The notes: generated by a model not told the origin, from the sequence alone. Positions 35,546 through 46,343 are shown, numbered from the stretch's first letter. The stretch is 64,000 nucleotides of DNA from Candidatus Gastranaerophilales bacterium (GCA_028277625.1 JANQFW010000040.1:3036-67035); one strand, 5' to 3'. Made by a program: numbers and translations.

Positions 35546-37057
35546 TTGAGAAAAGGAAGCTTGAATTTAGACTTTTTGCTTGTTAGCTGCCTTATCTTCT
35601 TGGTAAGCATAGTTGCCCTTGAAAATTTTGGCGGTCATATATCAGCATTTTTTGATAATCAACCTGTAGACTCAACTTTTAGCAAAGACCGGCACAGATT
35701 TACAGCAGAATCCCAAAAAACAGTATTAAGCGATACAAACATAGTTATAGATGGTCAAAATTACATTGCCCCCACCGAAAAAGCTATCATAGACAAATTG
35801 AAAAACAACCAAATGATAGAAACCAGTGGTACTTATGGAGATATAAAAAACCATGTTACCGTACTAAACGCATATATAGATCAACTTGAAGACATCATCA
35901 ATAAAAATACAGAAGATGAAAATGATATCAGTAACTTACTGTTAGCTATTAGCCAATATAAAGAAACAATAAATCAATATATAGAAAAAGATAATGTTAT
36001 TGTCAGTTCAAATGATCCGCTCTTAAAAGTAATCAACGACTTAAATGTTAGCCTAGAGCTTTCTAAAGATGGTGAATCTGCTGTAGAGCTAGCTAATGCA
36101 ACAATTAAAGCCCTCAATAAATTTGATAACAACCAAAAAGTCAAAAATATCATTGGACAATATGTTAATGACATTATCTCATTAGGTGAGAGCATTGATC
36201 ATAGTATTGATAGCAGAAAACGCCAGGAAATTGCTGAAATATCTGCTACTATTAGCGAAGAAAATGGTGATTACACAACTGATTACGCTTATTCTGATTC
36301 TTCATCTCCATCAGCATCAGCATGGGCATCTGCATCTTCTGGACCAGGATCAGCGTCTTCATCTGCATCATCCTCTTCATCTTTTGGGTCTGCATCTGCA
36401 TCAGCCTCATCTTCTTCATCCTCCTCATCGTCGTATTCTTCGGCATCTGCATCAGCTTCGTCTTCTTCTTCGGCATCAGCATCAGCTTCGGCATCTGCTT
36501 CCTCACCTACAACAGTTAAAACACAAATTCTTATTCAAGAGCTAAAAAATATATATAACGATACAAATTTAAGCGAAGAGCAAAAGGAAGAAATTGCAAA
36601 GCAAGTGCATGTTTACAGATCAGGTACCTATTTTGATATACTACCCAATAGTTATAACACAGAAGTATTAGGTCATAATCTTGACTCTGTCAAAATTGAT
36701 AATATAAACAGCCTATCAACTAAGCCTCAAGATCCCACGAAGAATAAGAAAAATCCCAAGCTTACTAGCGGCTCAAGTGTTACAAATAGTAGCGGTAACT
36801 CTTCTGGAGTGAGCAGTGGATCAAGTAGTATGAATATTAATAAAAATTCATCTGGTGAAGCTAGTGGCTCCAGCTATTATTATAATTCGACTACTTCTAA
36901 TTTTAGCAGTGGTTCAAATGGGATCAGTAGCAGTGTTACAATAAATGCTAGTGGAGCAAGTGGTTCTAGCGCTAATGTGCATGTTTCAACAGATGGCGGT
37001 AGCTCTCAAGAGTCTTCTGGGTTTGCTGGTGGTTCCAAATCTAATTACAATAGATGA
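35546..37057 (+). CDS. Low-complexity Ser/Ala/Gly-rich protein with a prepilin-like (class III signal) N-terminus
   Basis: The TTG start lies 7 nt after 'aaggaga'. 'RKG|SLNLDFLLVSCLIFLVSIVAL' has basic residues, a Gly, an acidic residue at +5 and a ~20-residue hydrophobic helix. The S/A tract is at 36293-36505 and the S/G/N tract at about 36770-37040. Confidence 0.6.
   Translation: MRKGSLNLDFLLVSCLIFLVSIVALENFGGHISAFFDNQPVDSTFSKDRHRFTAESQKTVLSDTNIVIDGQNYIAPTEKAIIDKLKNNQMIETSGTYGDIKNHVTVLNAYIDQLEDIINKNTEDENDISNLLLAISQYKETINQYIEKDNVIVSSNDPLLKVINDLNVSLELSKDGESAVELANATIKALNKFDNNQKVKNIIGQYVNDIISLGESIDHSIDSRKRQEIAEISATISEENGDYTTDYAYSDSSSPSASAWASASSGPGSASSSASSSSSFGSASASASSSSSSSSSYSSASASASSSSSASASASASASSPTTVKTQILIQELKNIYNDTNLSEEQKEEIAKQVHVYRSGTYFDILPNSYNTEVLGHNLDSVKIDNINSLSTKPQDPTKNKKNPKLTSGSSVTNSSGNSSGVSSGSSSMNINKNSSGEASGSSYYYNSTTSNFSSGSNGISSSVTINASGASGSSANVHVSTDGGSSQESSGFAGGSKSNYNR
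36293..36505 (+). repeat. Imperfect (TCN-GCA)n coding microsatellite-like tract encoding poly-Ser/Ala
   Basis: Runs of 'tcagcatcagca', 'tctgcatctgcatca' and 'tcttcttcttcggcatcagcatcagcttcggcatctgc' translate to 'SASASASSSSSSSSSYSSASASASSSSSASASASASASS'. Confidence 0.8.
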
Positions 37058-37120
37058 TTTAAGTCTGTTAAAATAAGTTAATCTCTGAAAAAATTTACTA
37101 AAAATTTAATTAGCAGTATA

Positions 37121-37160
37121 AAAGCTTCCATTATTTGCTATATGCGATTTTGGAGGCTTT
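37121..37160 (+). terminator. Possible terminator hairpin
   Basis: 'aaagcttcca' pairs with 'tggaggcttt' over 10 bp including one G-U, with a 20-nt loop. The T-run is weak. Confidence 0.35.
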
Positions 37161-37300
37161 GTTAATTTGAATAATTCTTTATAATAAACAAAGTTTTATA
37201 AAAATTTTTGAAATTCCCATTGAAACAATGTTTTTAGAATGGACAATATTTAGTATGAGGTAATGTCGAAATTTGTATTTTAAAAAGAGGTAATTTTACA

Positions 37301-38113
37301 ATGTCAGAGTCAAATCAGAGAATTAGGGTAGCAGTCAGTGGCGCTTGCGGAAGAATGGGGCAAGAGGTTATAAAAGCTGTTAACGAAGATGCTAATTTAG
37401 AGTTAGTAGCTGCAATAGATGTTTGCAATGTAGGCAAAGACATAGGTGAAATAGTAGAAAATAAAGCTTGCGGAGTAAATATATCTGATAATTTAAAAGA
37501 AGCTATAAAAAGCAGTAAAGCTCAATCAGTAGTAGATTTCACAAGCCCAGATTTAGTATACCCACACACAAAAGAAATTATTGAATGCGGAGCAAGACCG
37601 GTAATTGGAACAACTGGCTTGTCAGAAGCACAACTAGATGAAATTAAAAATCTTGCAAATAGCAAAAAAATAGGTACTTTAATTGCACCAAACTTTGCAA
37701 TAGGTGCAGTCTTGATGATGATGTTTGCACAAAAAGCTGCTGAATATATGGATAACGCAGAAATTATAGAAACTCATCATAACAAGAAAAAAGATGCACC
37801 TTCTGGTACAGCTATTAAAACAGCACAAATGATGAGCGAAGCTCAAAAGAAATTTGGTAAGGACAACTGTCAAGAAGTAGATACTATTAAAGGCTCAAGA
37901 GGTGGAGTTACAGAATCTAATATTCATATTCACAGCGTAAGACTTCCAGGCTTTGTTGCTCACCAAGAAGTTATTTTTGGCGGCAAAGGGCAAGCTTTAA
38001 CTATCAGACATGACTCATTTGACAGAACAAGCTTCATGCCTGGTGTTGTGCATGCAGTTAAAGAAATCATGAAAAAAGAAGAATTTGTTTACGGACTAGA
38101 AAAATTACTTTAA
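37301..38113 (+). CDS. dapB: 4-hydroxy-tetrahydrodipicolinate reductase
   Basis: 'IRVAVSGACGRMG', 'IGTTG' and 'ETHHNKKKDAPSGTA'. Confidence 0.92.
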   Translation: MSESNQRIRVAVSGACGRMGQEVIKAVNEDANLELVAAIDVCNVGKDIGEIVENKACGVNISDNLKEAIKSSKAQSVVDFTSPDLVYPHTKEIIECGARPVIGTTGLSEAQLDEIKNLANSKKIGTLIAPNFAIGAVLMMMFAQKAAEYMDNAEIIETHHNKKKDAPSGTAIKTAQMMSEAQKKFGKDNCQEVDTIKGSRGGVTESNIHIHSVRLPGFVAHQEVIFGGKGQALTIRHDSFDRTSFMPGVVHAVKEIMKKEEFVYGLEKLL

Positions 38114-38164
38114 GAAAAAATTACAAATTTGTTAGATTAATTAAGGTAAGTGAGGGATTTTAAA

Positions 38165-39190
38165 ATGAGTAACCCAAATATTGCAGTATTAGGAGCAACC
38201 GGTGTTGTCGGTTCAGAAATTTTAAGTATTTTAGAGGAAAGAAAGTTTAAATTTAATTCAATTAAATTTTTAGCAAGCGCCAGAAGTGCCGGTAAAGGCA
38301 TTGAATTCGCCGGTAAAACCTATAAAATTGAAGAAGCAAGACCTGAAGCATTTGAAGGTGTAGATATTGTACTATCTTCAGCTGGTGCAAGCACAAGTAA
38401 ATTATTAGCACACGAAGCTGTTAAAAGAGGCGCAGTTGTAGTTGATAATACAAGCTTATTCAGAATGGACAAAGATGTTCCATTAGTTATAGCAGGCGTT
38501 AATGACGATGATTTAAAAAATCACAAAGGTATTATTGCAAATCCTAACTGTTCAACTTCTCAATTGATGTTAGTATTAAAGCCTTTACACGAAGCAGCAG
38601 GCATTAAGAGAGTTATAGTAAGTACATACCAATCAGTTAGCGGTGGGGGTAAAAACGCTATTGATGAATTAACAGAAAATACAAAAGCTGCATTAAAAGG
38701 TGAAAAATTCGAAAATAAAGCCTTTAAAAAGCCAATAGGCTTTAACCTTGTTCCTCAGATTGATGTTTTCTTAGATAATGACTACACTAAAGAAGAAATG
38801 AAGCTGGTAAACGAAACTAAAAAAATATTACATTTGCCTGAAGAAACACCAATTTCTGCAACTGCAGTGAGGGTACCGGTGTATAGAAGTCATAGTGAAG
38901 CCGTAACTATTGAATTCGAAAAGCCTTTAAATGCTGAAAAAGCCAGAGAAATTTTAAAAGAGTCATATGGAGTAGTAATAGACGACAATCCAGCTAACTA
39001 CGAATTCCCAACACCACTTGATGCTGCTGACAAAGATCCTGTGTATGTAGGCAGAATCAGAAAAGATTTAGCATTTGATAATGGTATATCTATGTGGGTA
39101 GTTGGTGACAACTTAAGAATCGGAGCTGCATTAAATACTGTTAGAATAGCTGAAAAACTAGTTGAAATGGACTTAGTAAAAGTACAATAA
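38165..39190 (+). CDS. asd: Aspartate-semialdehyde dehydrogenase
   Basis: 'IAVLGATGVVGSE', the active site 'IANPNCSTSQLM', 'STYQSVSGGG' and 'RVPVYRSHS'. The ATG at 38165 has the RBS 'gtgaggga'. The track starts at 38150. Confidence 0.92.
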   Translation: MSNPNIAVLGATGVVGSEILSILEERKFKFNSIKFLASARSAGKGIEFAGKTYKIEEARPEAFEGVDIVLSSAGASTSKLLAHEAVKRGAVVVDNTSLFRMDKDVPLVIAGVNDDDLKNHKGIIANPNCSTSQLMLVLKPLHEAAGIKRVIVSTYQSVSGGGKNAIDELTENTKAALKGEKFENKAFKKPIGFNLVPQIDVFLDNDYTKEEMKLVNETKKILHLPEETPISATAVRVPVYRSHSEAVTIEFEKPLNAEKAREILKESYGVVIDDNPANYEFPTPLDAADKDPVYVGRIRKDLAFDNGISMWVVGDNLRIGAALNTVRIAEKLVEMDLVKVQ

Positions 39191-39204
39191 TAGGGGGTTT
39201 TTAA

Positions 39205-40092
39205 ATGAAATTAAGATATGATGCAGGAGAACTTATAACGGCAATGGCAACTCCTTTTACAAAAGAGTTGGAAGTTGACTATAAAGGCGCTGAAATGCTT
39301 GCCGCCCACTTATTAGAAACCGGAACAGACTGCATTTTAATAGCAGGTACAACCGGTGAATCTCCCACATTAACACATGCCGAAGAGCTTGAATTATTAA
39401 AAGTTGTTAAAAAAGCTATTGGAAATAAGGCGAAAATTTTAATGGGAGCAGGCTCTAACTGTACTAAAACAGCTGTTAAAATGACCAAAGAAGTTACTAA
39501 AGCAGGTGCTGATGCTATTTTGTCAGTTGTGCCATATTATAATAAACCTTCTCAAGAAGGCTTGGTGGAACATTTTAGCAATATTGCTGAGGCTACAAAC
39601 CTTCCAATTGTCTTGTACAATATCCCAAGCAGGACTGGTATTAATATGGAGCCTACAACTATAGCAGAATTGGCTTATAAATTTGATAATATTGTTGCAG
39701 TAAAGCAAAGCAATGGCAACTTGGACTTAGTTACAGAAATCATCAGCAAATGTCCTGATGATTTTGCTGTCTATAGCGGTGATGACAGTTTAACATTGCC
39801 AATGCTATCTCTAGGAGCTCACGGTGTTGTAAGTGTTGCTTCTCATTTAATTGGTAAGCAAATAAAACAAATGATTACTGAGTTTAAAAATGGTAATGCT
39901 AAAAAAGCTGCGGATATGCATTACGATGCATATCCGCTGTTTAAGGCTATATTTATGTGTCCTAACCCCGTGCCGGTAAAAGCTGCTTTGGCTAACCTGG
40001 GCGTTATTTCTGATAATGTAAGGCTGCCTTTAGTACCAATGAATGAATTAGAAAAACAAGACCTTTTAAAAATTTATAAAAATTATAAATAA
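39205..40092 (+). CDS. dapA: 4-hydroxy-tetrahydrodipicolinate synthase
   Basis: 'AMATPF', 'GTTGESPTLTHAEE', 'YYNKPSQEG', 'LYNIPSRTG' and 'AVKQS' (the Schiff-base Lys context). Confidence 0.92.
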   Translation: MKLRYDAGELITAMATPFTKELEVDYKGAEMLAAHLLETGTDCILIAGTTGESPTLTHAEELELLKVVKKAIGNKAKILMGAGSNCTKTAVKMTKEVTKAGADAILSVVPYYNKPSQEGLVEHFSNIAEATNLPIVLYNIPSRTGINMEPTTIAELAYKFDNIVAVKQSNGNLDLVTEIISKCPDDFAVYSGDDSLTLPMLSLGAHGVVSVASHLIGKQIKQMITEFKNGNAKKAADMHYDAYPLFKAIFMCPNPVPVKAALANLGVISDNVRLPLVPMNELEKQDLLKIYKNYK

Positions 40093-40116
40093 AAAATACT
40101 TTATCATTATAAAATA

Positions 40117-40145
40117 AAACAGAGTGCGTCCAGCACTCTGTTTTT
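40117..40145. terminator. Bidirectional rho-independent terminator between convergent genes
   Basis: 'aaacagagtgc' pairs with 'gcactctgttt' around a 5-nt loop, flanked by an A-run and a T-run. Confidence 0.75.
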
Positions 40146-40166
40146 AGTAAAACATACTTTGTACCT

Positions 40167-40538
40167 TTAAATATCGCAACCTTGCCATTTAGCTTCGCGC
40201 AAAAACTCTTTAGCTTCGTTGTTTTTGCCTTCATCTTTAAATTTTTGCCCAATATCTTTTAGCCTTTTAGAGATATTATCAGGGCTAATACAAGTGCCGC
40301 TTCTGTCAATTGTGGTTATTATATTCTCATCAATTTTAATGCTTAAAGACTCGAAATCACCACCACTACTAAAAAACCTTTTTAAATTTAAAAAAATCCT
40401 CTCTGGATTATATGAGCTGCTAATAAGCTGCCTTGCCAAGAAATCACTAACAATAGCAACATTCTGCTTATTCAAGTTATCTGATTTTTCTCGGTATAAT
40501 TCAGTACGATCTGAAAAATAAGTTTTTTCCTCACTCAT
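40167..40538 (-). CDS. Hypothetical protein, 123 aa
   Basis: ORF with native composition and 'aaaagaggaatatcaa' before the ATG. No recognised motif. Confidence 0.45.
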   Translation of the reverse strand: MSEEKTYFSDRTELYREKSDNLNKQNVAIVSDFLARQLISSSYNPERIFLNLKRFFSSGGDFESLSIKIDENIITTIDRSGTCISPDNISKRLKDIGQKFKDEGKNNEAKEFLREAKWQGCDI

Positions 40539-40744
40539 TTGATATTCCTCTTTTTTGGACTTTATACGCTACTTTAAAAAAATTTTTATTGTGATGATCA
40601 TTAATTATTTTATTGGACAGTATAACTAATATACAATTTCTGTATAATATAAATACATTCATTAAGCCTATTTTTTGTGTTTTTTATTTTAAAAATATAA
40701 GGAAATTATATAAAAAACATTTTGCTCTGGTTTTATTAACCGGC

Positions 40745-42307
40745 TTATTTTATTATTTTGTCTTTAAGCTTATTTAATACATAATGTGCAATGTCTATTT
40801 TTAGTAGCATTGTTAAAAAGAAATAAACTATAAAGCCAATAACAGTAACCAAACCTAACCTGAAGGCTAGTATTAAAAATGTTTCTTCTCCTAAAAAAGC
40901 TGCAATCCAAATATTAACAGGAATTATTACTAATGCAGATCCTGCAGTTGCTAGCGTTAACTTTAAAGTATTAGGTATTAGGCTATAATAATCCATTTTG
41001 ATTTTTTTAATTAATAAAATAGCAAGTAAAAGCCCGTTAGTAAAAGTAATAATTGTTGTTGATAAAGTAATTGCAGCCAATCCAAGTGGGCCAATAAGTA
41101 AATAATTAAGTAGAGCTTTGAGTAGAATACTTGCCATTGCGACATAAAATGGTGTTTTAGAATCATCAAATGCATAAAAGACTCTTGTTAGTGTATCTCT
41201 GGCTGCATAAGGAATTATTGAAACTGAAAGATAAAATAAAGCTTCTGTTACCATAAAGGTATCATGCGAATCAAACTGACCACGTTGAAATAAAAGTCTG
41301 ATAGCATCTTGCGCTAGTAAAAATATCAGCATTAAAATAGGAAAGGCAAAATACCATAAAGACAGAACTCCCTGCCTAAAGTATTTTTTTAAAGCATCCC
41401 AATCCTTATCAGCGACAAAATTTGAAAACATTGGAAATAAAGGAACCAGCATTGATGTAATTAAAATCCCTACAGGAAATTGAAATATTCTATTAGCATA
41501 AGCAATTGCAGACCATGCGCCCTCTTCTAGCTGAGAAGCAAAAAACATATCTATATAAATATTTATCTGCCCTATAGTGGTACCAATCATTGCAGGGAAT
41601 AAAATCTCTTTAATTTTTTTCATAGAAGGGCTGAAAAAGTCAAAGCTAGGCTTGTACACAAAACCTGATCTTAAAAATACCGGGAGTTGAATTAAAAGCT
41701 GTCCAACTGCCCCCACCAAGGTTGCAGTAGCTAATATAGCCCCGTACTGATCTTTATCAAATAAAAACAATGCAGCAATAACACAGGCACTAGCAACAAC
41801 AGGACTTAATGACGTAAAGAAAAATTCATCGAAAACATTTGCAATGCCGTAAAATATTCCTATAAGTCCACCTATAAACATAATGGGCGACATTAATTTT
41901 AGCTGAAAAGATGCTAAGGTCTTTAGCTGAATAGAGCCATGGGCTGCAATAACAGCTACTATCTGGTCAGAAAAGAAAAATACAAGTACAGATAAAATAA
42001 GAAAAAATATTCCTGTAGCTGTTAAAAACGTAGACATCACTCTATTTACATCAGTTGAAGGGGCAGATTTATCTTTCACAGCCTTGCCAAAAAAGGCGAT
42101 AGTTGCTGTATGAAAAGGTCCACCTAGGCCACCAAGCAATATTAAAGCAAAAGCCGGTATTTGATAAGCATAAAAATAAGCATCACTTATTACTGATGCT
42201 CCATAATACTGTGCAATAACGACATCCCTAAAAAAGCCTGCAACTTTGCTTATTATTGTAATAACAGCAATAAGTCCAGCTATCTTAAATAATTTATGAC
42301 TACTCAT
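40745..42307 (-). CDS. murJ: Lipid II flippase MurJ
   Basis: 520 aa, polytopic. The N-terminus 'ISKVAGFFRDVVIAQYYGASVISDAYFYAYQIP' is the characteristic MurJ/MviN signature. Confidence 0.9.
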   Translation of the reverse strand: MSSHKLFKIAGLIAVITIISKVAGFFRDVVIAQYYGASVISDAYFYAYQIPAFALILLGGLGGPFHTATIAFFGKAVKDKSAPSTDVNRVMSTFLTATGIFFLILSVLVFFFSDQIVAVIAAHGSIQLKTLASFQLKLMSPIMFIGGLIGIFYGIANVFDEFFFTSLSPVVASACVIAALFLFDKDQYGAILATATLVGAVGQLLIQLPVFLRSGFVYKPSFDFFSPSMKKIKEILFPAMIGTTIGQINIYIDMFFASQLEEGAWSAIAYANRIFQFPVGILITSMLVPLFPMFSNFVADKDWDALKKYFRQGVLSLWYFAFPILMLIFLLAQDAIRLLFQRGQFDSHDTFMVTEALFYLSVSIIPYAARDTLTRVFYAFDDSKTPFYVAMASILLKALLNYLLIGPLGLAAITLSTTIITFTNGLLLAILLIKKIKMDYYSLIPNTLKLTLATAGSALVIIPVNIWIAAFLGEETFLILAFRLGLVTVIGFIVYFFLTMLLKIDIAHYVLNKLKDKIIK

Positions 42308-43982
42308 TCTTGGCTTTAATCACCTCAATGTGCATTCTTATAGACTTTCCACCATCTTCATTCTCTGGGGCGTAATATATTATTTTATTTATACCGTCTT
42401 TGAGATAATTTTCTATATTAACTAGTACACTTGTCTGATCTGATATGTTTTTTATATTTAATTTTTTCCCATTTATTTTAACAGAAACATTGTTGATATC
42501 TTCCATATTTTTTATAACTAAAGAAGCATTTTGCTCAAAGACGACAAATTCTTGTTCAATTTGACTGGTGCCTGTACCGGTAGTTAAAACAACTGGCCAC
42601 GTACCTAAAGATATGCCCTTATAGTAGTGCTGCAAAATATCATAAAAAATAAAGTTGTTTTTGCTCATAAATCCTGCCCCGTACTGGCTCATACCGACAC
42701 CATGTCCAAATCCTCCGCCATAAGCATCTATGTATGCTATATTGCCGGATTTATCTTTTGTCAAGTCAAACACAACGTTTGCACTTGGCATGGCCCTATT
42801 TAACTTTTTAAAGACTCTTCTAATCACTAGTTCTTTATTAACTGTCCATTTGCCAGTGTTAGAAGATATTTGCATACTAATAATCTTGCCGGAGTCATCC
42901 CTGTTTAGAACTTTAATATCTTTTAGTTTACCAAACCATTTTCCCGAAGAGTATTTAGGCTTAATAAAGCCTGTAGAAGATTGTTTTAGTAATGTTTTTC
43001 TTAAAACCTGCTGTAGTTCACTACGGGTCCAGCGTTTATGCCATCTGTAGTATCTTGATTCTTGGTCGTAGCTGAAAGGCTTAGATTTATAAAATTTTGA
43101 GGCTGCTTTTTCTGTGTTTAGAAGAGGAGTTTCTTTATTATCTGGTCGGGCTGTTAAATAGGGTATAGATTTAGAAGGAAAATCTTTTGTTTCTGGATCA
43201 GAAAAAGCATTTTGATAGTTGCCTGTATAACCACCTGCTGTTGAGCTATACAAGGCTAGAATTATATCATTGTCGTACATTGCGAATAAGCCTTTTGTTT
43301 CTTCAACGGCTTGGTTGCTTAATTGTTTTTCGGTATTAGAGCCAAAGTAAACTTGGCATTGTACAGAATCACATAAGTCAAACTGAGGAAAAGGCTTAAT
43401 ACGTGGTCTTAGTGCGTAATTTCTTGCAGCGACAGCTTGAGCTTTAACAGCTTCTAGTCCAAAGCTTACAGGTATTTCATTAGGGACAACACCTTTTAAA
43501 TAATCTGATAGGGTAATTATGTTAACAACAGAAAGTTTATTGGATGAGCTTGATGCCCTTACTATTTCCAGCTTCCCCCTATACATTGCAGGTTTTCCTG
43601 CTCGTTTTAGTCCTACAATCTCAATTGGGTGTTTAGCTGAGGATTTGATCAATAATGGGCCGCTTATCCCCTTGGAAAGGAGTTTATTGTTGCAGTAAAT
43701 CTGAAAAAATCCATTTTTTATATTTATTTTTGCAGCACTGCAAGGATTAAGTCTTATTATACTGTTGCCAATACATTGATCTATTATGTTTAGCCCTCCG
43801 GCTGATCTTACTGTAATATTCCAGTATTCAAGCTTGCTAAAGTCGTTAGTACTTATGCCTACTCTTATTACTCTTTCTTGAGCATCTGCTATTAATATTA
43901 AAGAAAAAAAATAATTAAGCAAAATGCAGCTATATATAATTATACACAACAAATATTTTATATTTTTCTTCACTGCCAACAT
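42300..43982 (-). CDS. SpoIID/LytB domain protein
   Basis: It has an N-terminal TM/signal segment. 'YLKGVVPNEIPVSFGLEAVKAQAVAARNYAL' and 'YSSTAGGYT' fit the SpoIID domain. The gene overlaps the murJ start by 8 nt. Confidence 0.85.
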   Translation of the reverse strand: MLAVKKNIKYLLCIIIYSCILLNYFFSLILIADAQERVIRVGISTNDFSKLEYWNITVRSAGGLNIIDQCIGNSIIRLNPCSAAKINIKNGFFQIYCNNKLLSKGISGPLLIKSSAKHPIEIVGLKRAGKPAMYRGKLEIVRASSSSNKLSVVNIITLSDYLKGVVPNEIPVSFGLEAVKAQAVAARNYALRPRIKPFPQFDLCDSVQCQVYFGSNTEKQLSNQAVEETKGLFAMYDNDIILALYSSTAGGYTGNYQNAFSDPETKDFPSKSIPYLTARPDNKETPLLNTEKAASKFYKSKPFSYDQESRYYRWHKRWTRSELQQVLRKTLLKQSSTGFIKPKYSSGKWFGKLKDIKVLNRDDSGKIISMQISSNTGKWTVNKELVIRRVFKKLNRAMPSANVVFDLTKDKSGNIAYIDAYGGGFGHGVGMSQYGAGFMSKNNFIFYDILQHYYKGISLGTWPVVLTTGTGTSQIEQEFVVFEQNASLVIKNMEDINNVSVKINGKKLNIKNISDQTSVLVNIENYLKDGINKIIYYAPENEDGGKSIRMHIEVIKAKNE

Positions 43983-44588
43983 TTCTCCACTATAGCGCCA
44001 AGTAATTTTATTCTTTTTAATTTTCTAATAAACATATTACTGGGTAAATATTAATAATGAAATATTATTTTATAAATATTTAGTAATACTATTCTTATGC
44101 TGGTTAATTTTTAATCAACAGCTTTTTATGGCTGTAGTATTAGTTAACCTTTATTTTTTTAGCAAGACAGGCTCTAACTTACTTAATGTTTTGTAATATG
44201 TTGCTGAGAAAAACATTCCATTAAAACAGAATAATTTTTTATCTTTGTTTTTATTGAGTTATAAACGTTAAAGCAAATCAATGCTGTAAAAAAAACAGAT
44301 AATTGAATTATAAAATATATTTATCCATAAGTGTATTGATTTTAGCTAATTATACACTAAAGATATAGATTTAATAACTACAGGTATTGATTAATTTAAG
44401 AAGTAATATATAATAAGTTTTAGCATCAGGTTTAGTACAGATAAAGCTTTAAATATTAAGTTAGTTGAGTCATATTCACAAGCGTCTTAATTTAATACTT
44501 ATTTATTCATGATTGAGATTTTCATTTTACACTTCTGATTTAAATATAAATACTAGAAATCTATGTTCTCTTAAAGAAAGGGTTAGGA

Positions 44589-46286
44589 ATGATGATGAAT
44601 CCATTAGATTGGTTGAAAAAACTAAAAATTAAGACAAAAATCACCCTTGGTCTACTCCTAATAGCGGCTTTTATCCCAATAATGGGATTTGCGACGATAA
44701 CAAATATGATTAAGGTAAGCGATATTCTTCTTCATAATCAGAATTTGCTGACAGAAAAAGATCTGTTAATAGTAAGAATGGAGAGCTATGAGAAAAAAAT
44801 ACCTGGAATTTACAAAATGATAAATGATTTTGCTGTGGACAAGACTATAAAAAACAAAGATAAGAAAATCCAAGCACTACAAGCACTAAACGTAGAATTA
44901 TTTTCTGATAGTGAGCTTGCTCAAATAAAAAAATTTGAAGCTTTATTTATTAAAAAGGTTGATGATATAATTAAAAGTGTTAACATGTTTGACTCTGAAA
45001 CTGCAGGTGAACACCTTAAGGAATTATTAAAAGAGCAAAAAAAATATAATAAGGTGATTGAAGACACTGTTGAAAAGATTGATAAGAGCATATTATTAAG
45101 CAAAAAAAATATCGATGAGGCTAAAAAGCTTTCAATTGCTACAGCAATAGTTTTAACAATTGTTGGGGCTCTTGTTTCTCTTTTAACTGGTGGAACAGTT
45201 CTAATAACAATAAACAACGGGATAAAAAGTTTAACTGAAAATATAAAAGAAGTTTCCGGCGGAAATTTTACCGTAAAAAATACAGTAAAAGAAGTAAATA
45301 ACGAGTTTGATTACTTAAACGCGTTGTTTTTTGATATGGTAAGCTCTCTTAGAGAGTTGTTAACAAAAGTAGGTGATGAAGCAGATCACTTGGCGAAAAA
45401 TATAACCCAGATAAATGAAGCTACTGAGCAAACGTCTATGGGCTCTGAGCAATTAATACAAGGTATCACACAAATTTCAACTGGGGCAAGTGATCAGTCT
45501 TTTGAAATTAAAGAAACATTAGAAAATCTTAATAATATTAATAAAATTATACATACAGTGGCTGAAAGCGCTGATAGCACTGTAAAATTGTCTCAGGGGA
45601 CTGAGGTAATGGCTGATAGCGGTAATCAGCAAGTTATCAGTGCAGTAGAAAAAATATCAGAAATCAAAACAAAATCAGAAGAAATAGCAAATGTAGTAAA
45701 CGAATTAGGCACTTTAAGTGCTGGTATTGGAGAAATTGTAGAATTAATAAAAAGTATTGCAAGCCAGACAAACTTATTAGCCCTAAACGCTGCAATTGAA
45801 GCAGCAAGAGCAGGACAGCATGGTGCAGGATTTGCAGTTGTTGCAGATGAGGTTAAAAAGTTAGCTTCTCAGTCATCAGTGGCATCTGATGATATCAATA
45901 AAGTAATTAAAGAAATTCAAAACAAAGTTAATCGGGCAGTATCTTCTATGAACGAAGGTGTTGAGGAAATTGATCAGGGCGTTAGTATAGTAGAATCTGC
46001 GGGTGGTGCCTTGTCAGAAATTTTAAAATCTACTAAAGAGTCTGGGAACCAGGTTTTAAATATTTCTAATGAAATAAAAATACTAGCTGATAATTATGAT
46101 GCAGTTGTGAAAGTTATGGAGTCAATTTCTGACAAGGTTGAGGACTCCGCAGCAAATACACAAGAGATGTCTAGTGTTACACAGGAGCAGACTGCTAGCC
46201 TTGAAGAAATAGTCCATAGCTCTCAAGTATTAAAAACAATCGCGTCCGACTTACAGACTTCTGTTACAGTATTTAAAGTGAAATAG
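44589..46286 (+). CDS. Methyl-accepting chemotaxis protein
   Basis: Two TM segments flank a sensor region. The conserved signalling hairpin reads '[38 protein letters not shown]'. Confidence 0.92.
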   Translation: MMMNPLDWLKKLKIKTKITLGLLLIAAFIPIMGFATITNMIKVSDILLHNQNLLTEKDLLIVRMESYEKKIPGIYKMINDFAVDKTIKNKDKKIQALQALNVELFSDSELAQIKKFEALFIKKVDDIIKSVNMFDSETAGEHLKELLKEQKKYNKVIEDTVEKIDKSILLSKKNIDEAKKLSIATAIVLTIVGALVSLLTGGTVLITINNGIKSLTENIKEVSGGNFTVKNTVKEVNNEFDYLNALFFDMVSSLRELLTKVGDEADHLAKNITQINEATEQTSMGSEQLIQGITQISTGASDQSFEIKETLENLNNINKIIHTVAESADSTVKLSQGTEVMADSGNQQVISAVEKISEIKTKSEEIANVVNELGTLSAGIGEIVELIKSIASQTNLLALNAAIEAARAGQHGAGFAVVADEVKKLASQSSVASDDINKVIKEIQNKVNRAVSSMNEGVEEIDQGVSIVESAGGALSEILKSTKESGNQVLNISNEIKILADNYDAVVKVMESISDKVEDSAANTQEMSSVTQEQTASLEEIVHSSQVLKTIASDLQTSVTVFKVK

Positions 46287-46343
46287 CAAATTTAAAATAG
46301 TGAGTTTTATGAGTTAATAGTTCAGTTTAAAGGAGAATGTTTT

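Noticed and set aside
36186-36545. Alternative-frame and antisense ORFs across the Ser/Ala tract (36186-36545 +, 36322-36519 +, 36252-36506 -).
   Set aside because: They are artefacts of the (TCN-GCA)n repeat, which is open in several frames. Only frame 35546-37057 has a start with an RBS and continues through non-repetitive flanks.
37058-37300. A possible lysine (L-box) riboswitch or T-box leader upstream of dapB-asd-dapA.
   Set aside because: I could not find the conserved G-rich cores of those elements. The region is nearly pure A/T apart from the terminator-like hairpin of the upstream gene.
43983-44588. The 600-bp intergenic region between the SpoIID-like gene and the MCP gene, as a possible hidden gene, RNA or repeat array.
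   Set aside because: It has only scattered short hairpins (for example 'ggttaa...ttaacc'), no repeat periodicity, no ORF with an RBS and no GC-rich structured core. It is most simply a divergent promoter region.
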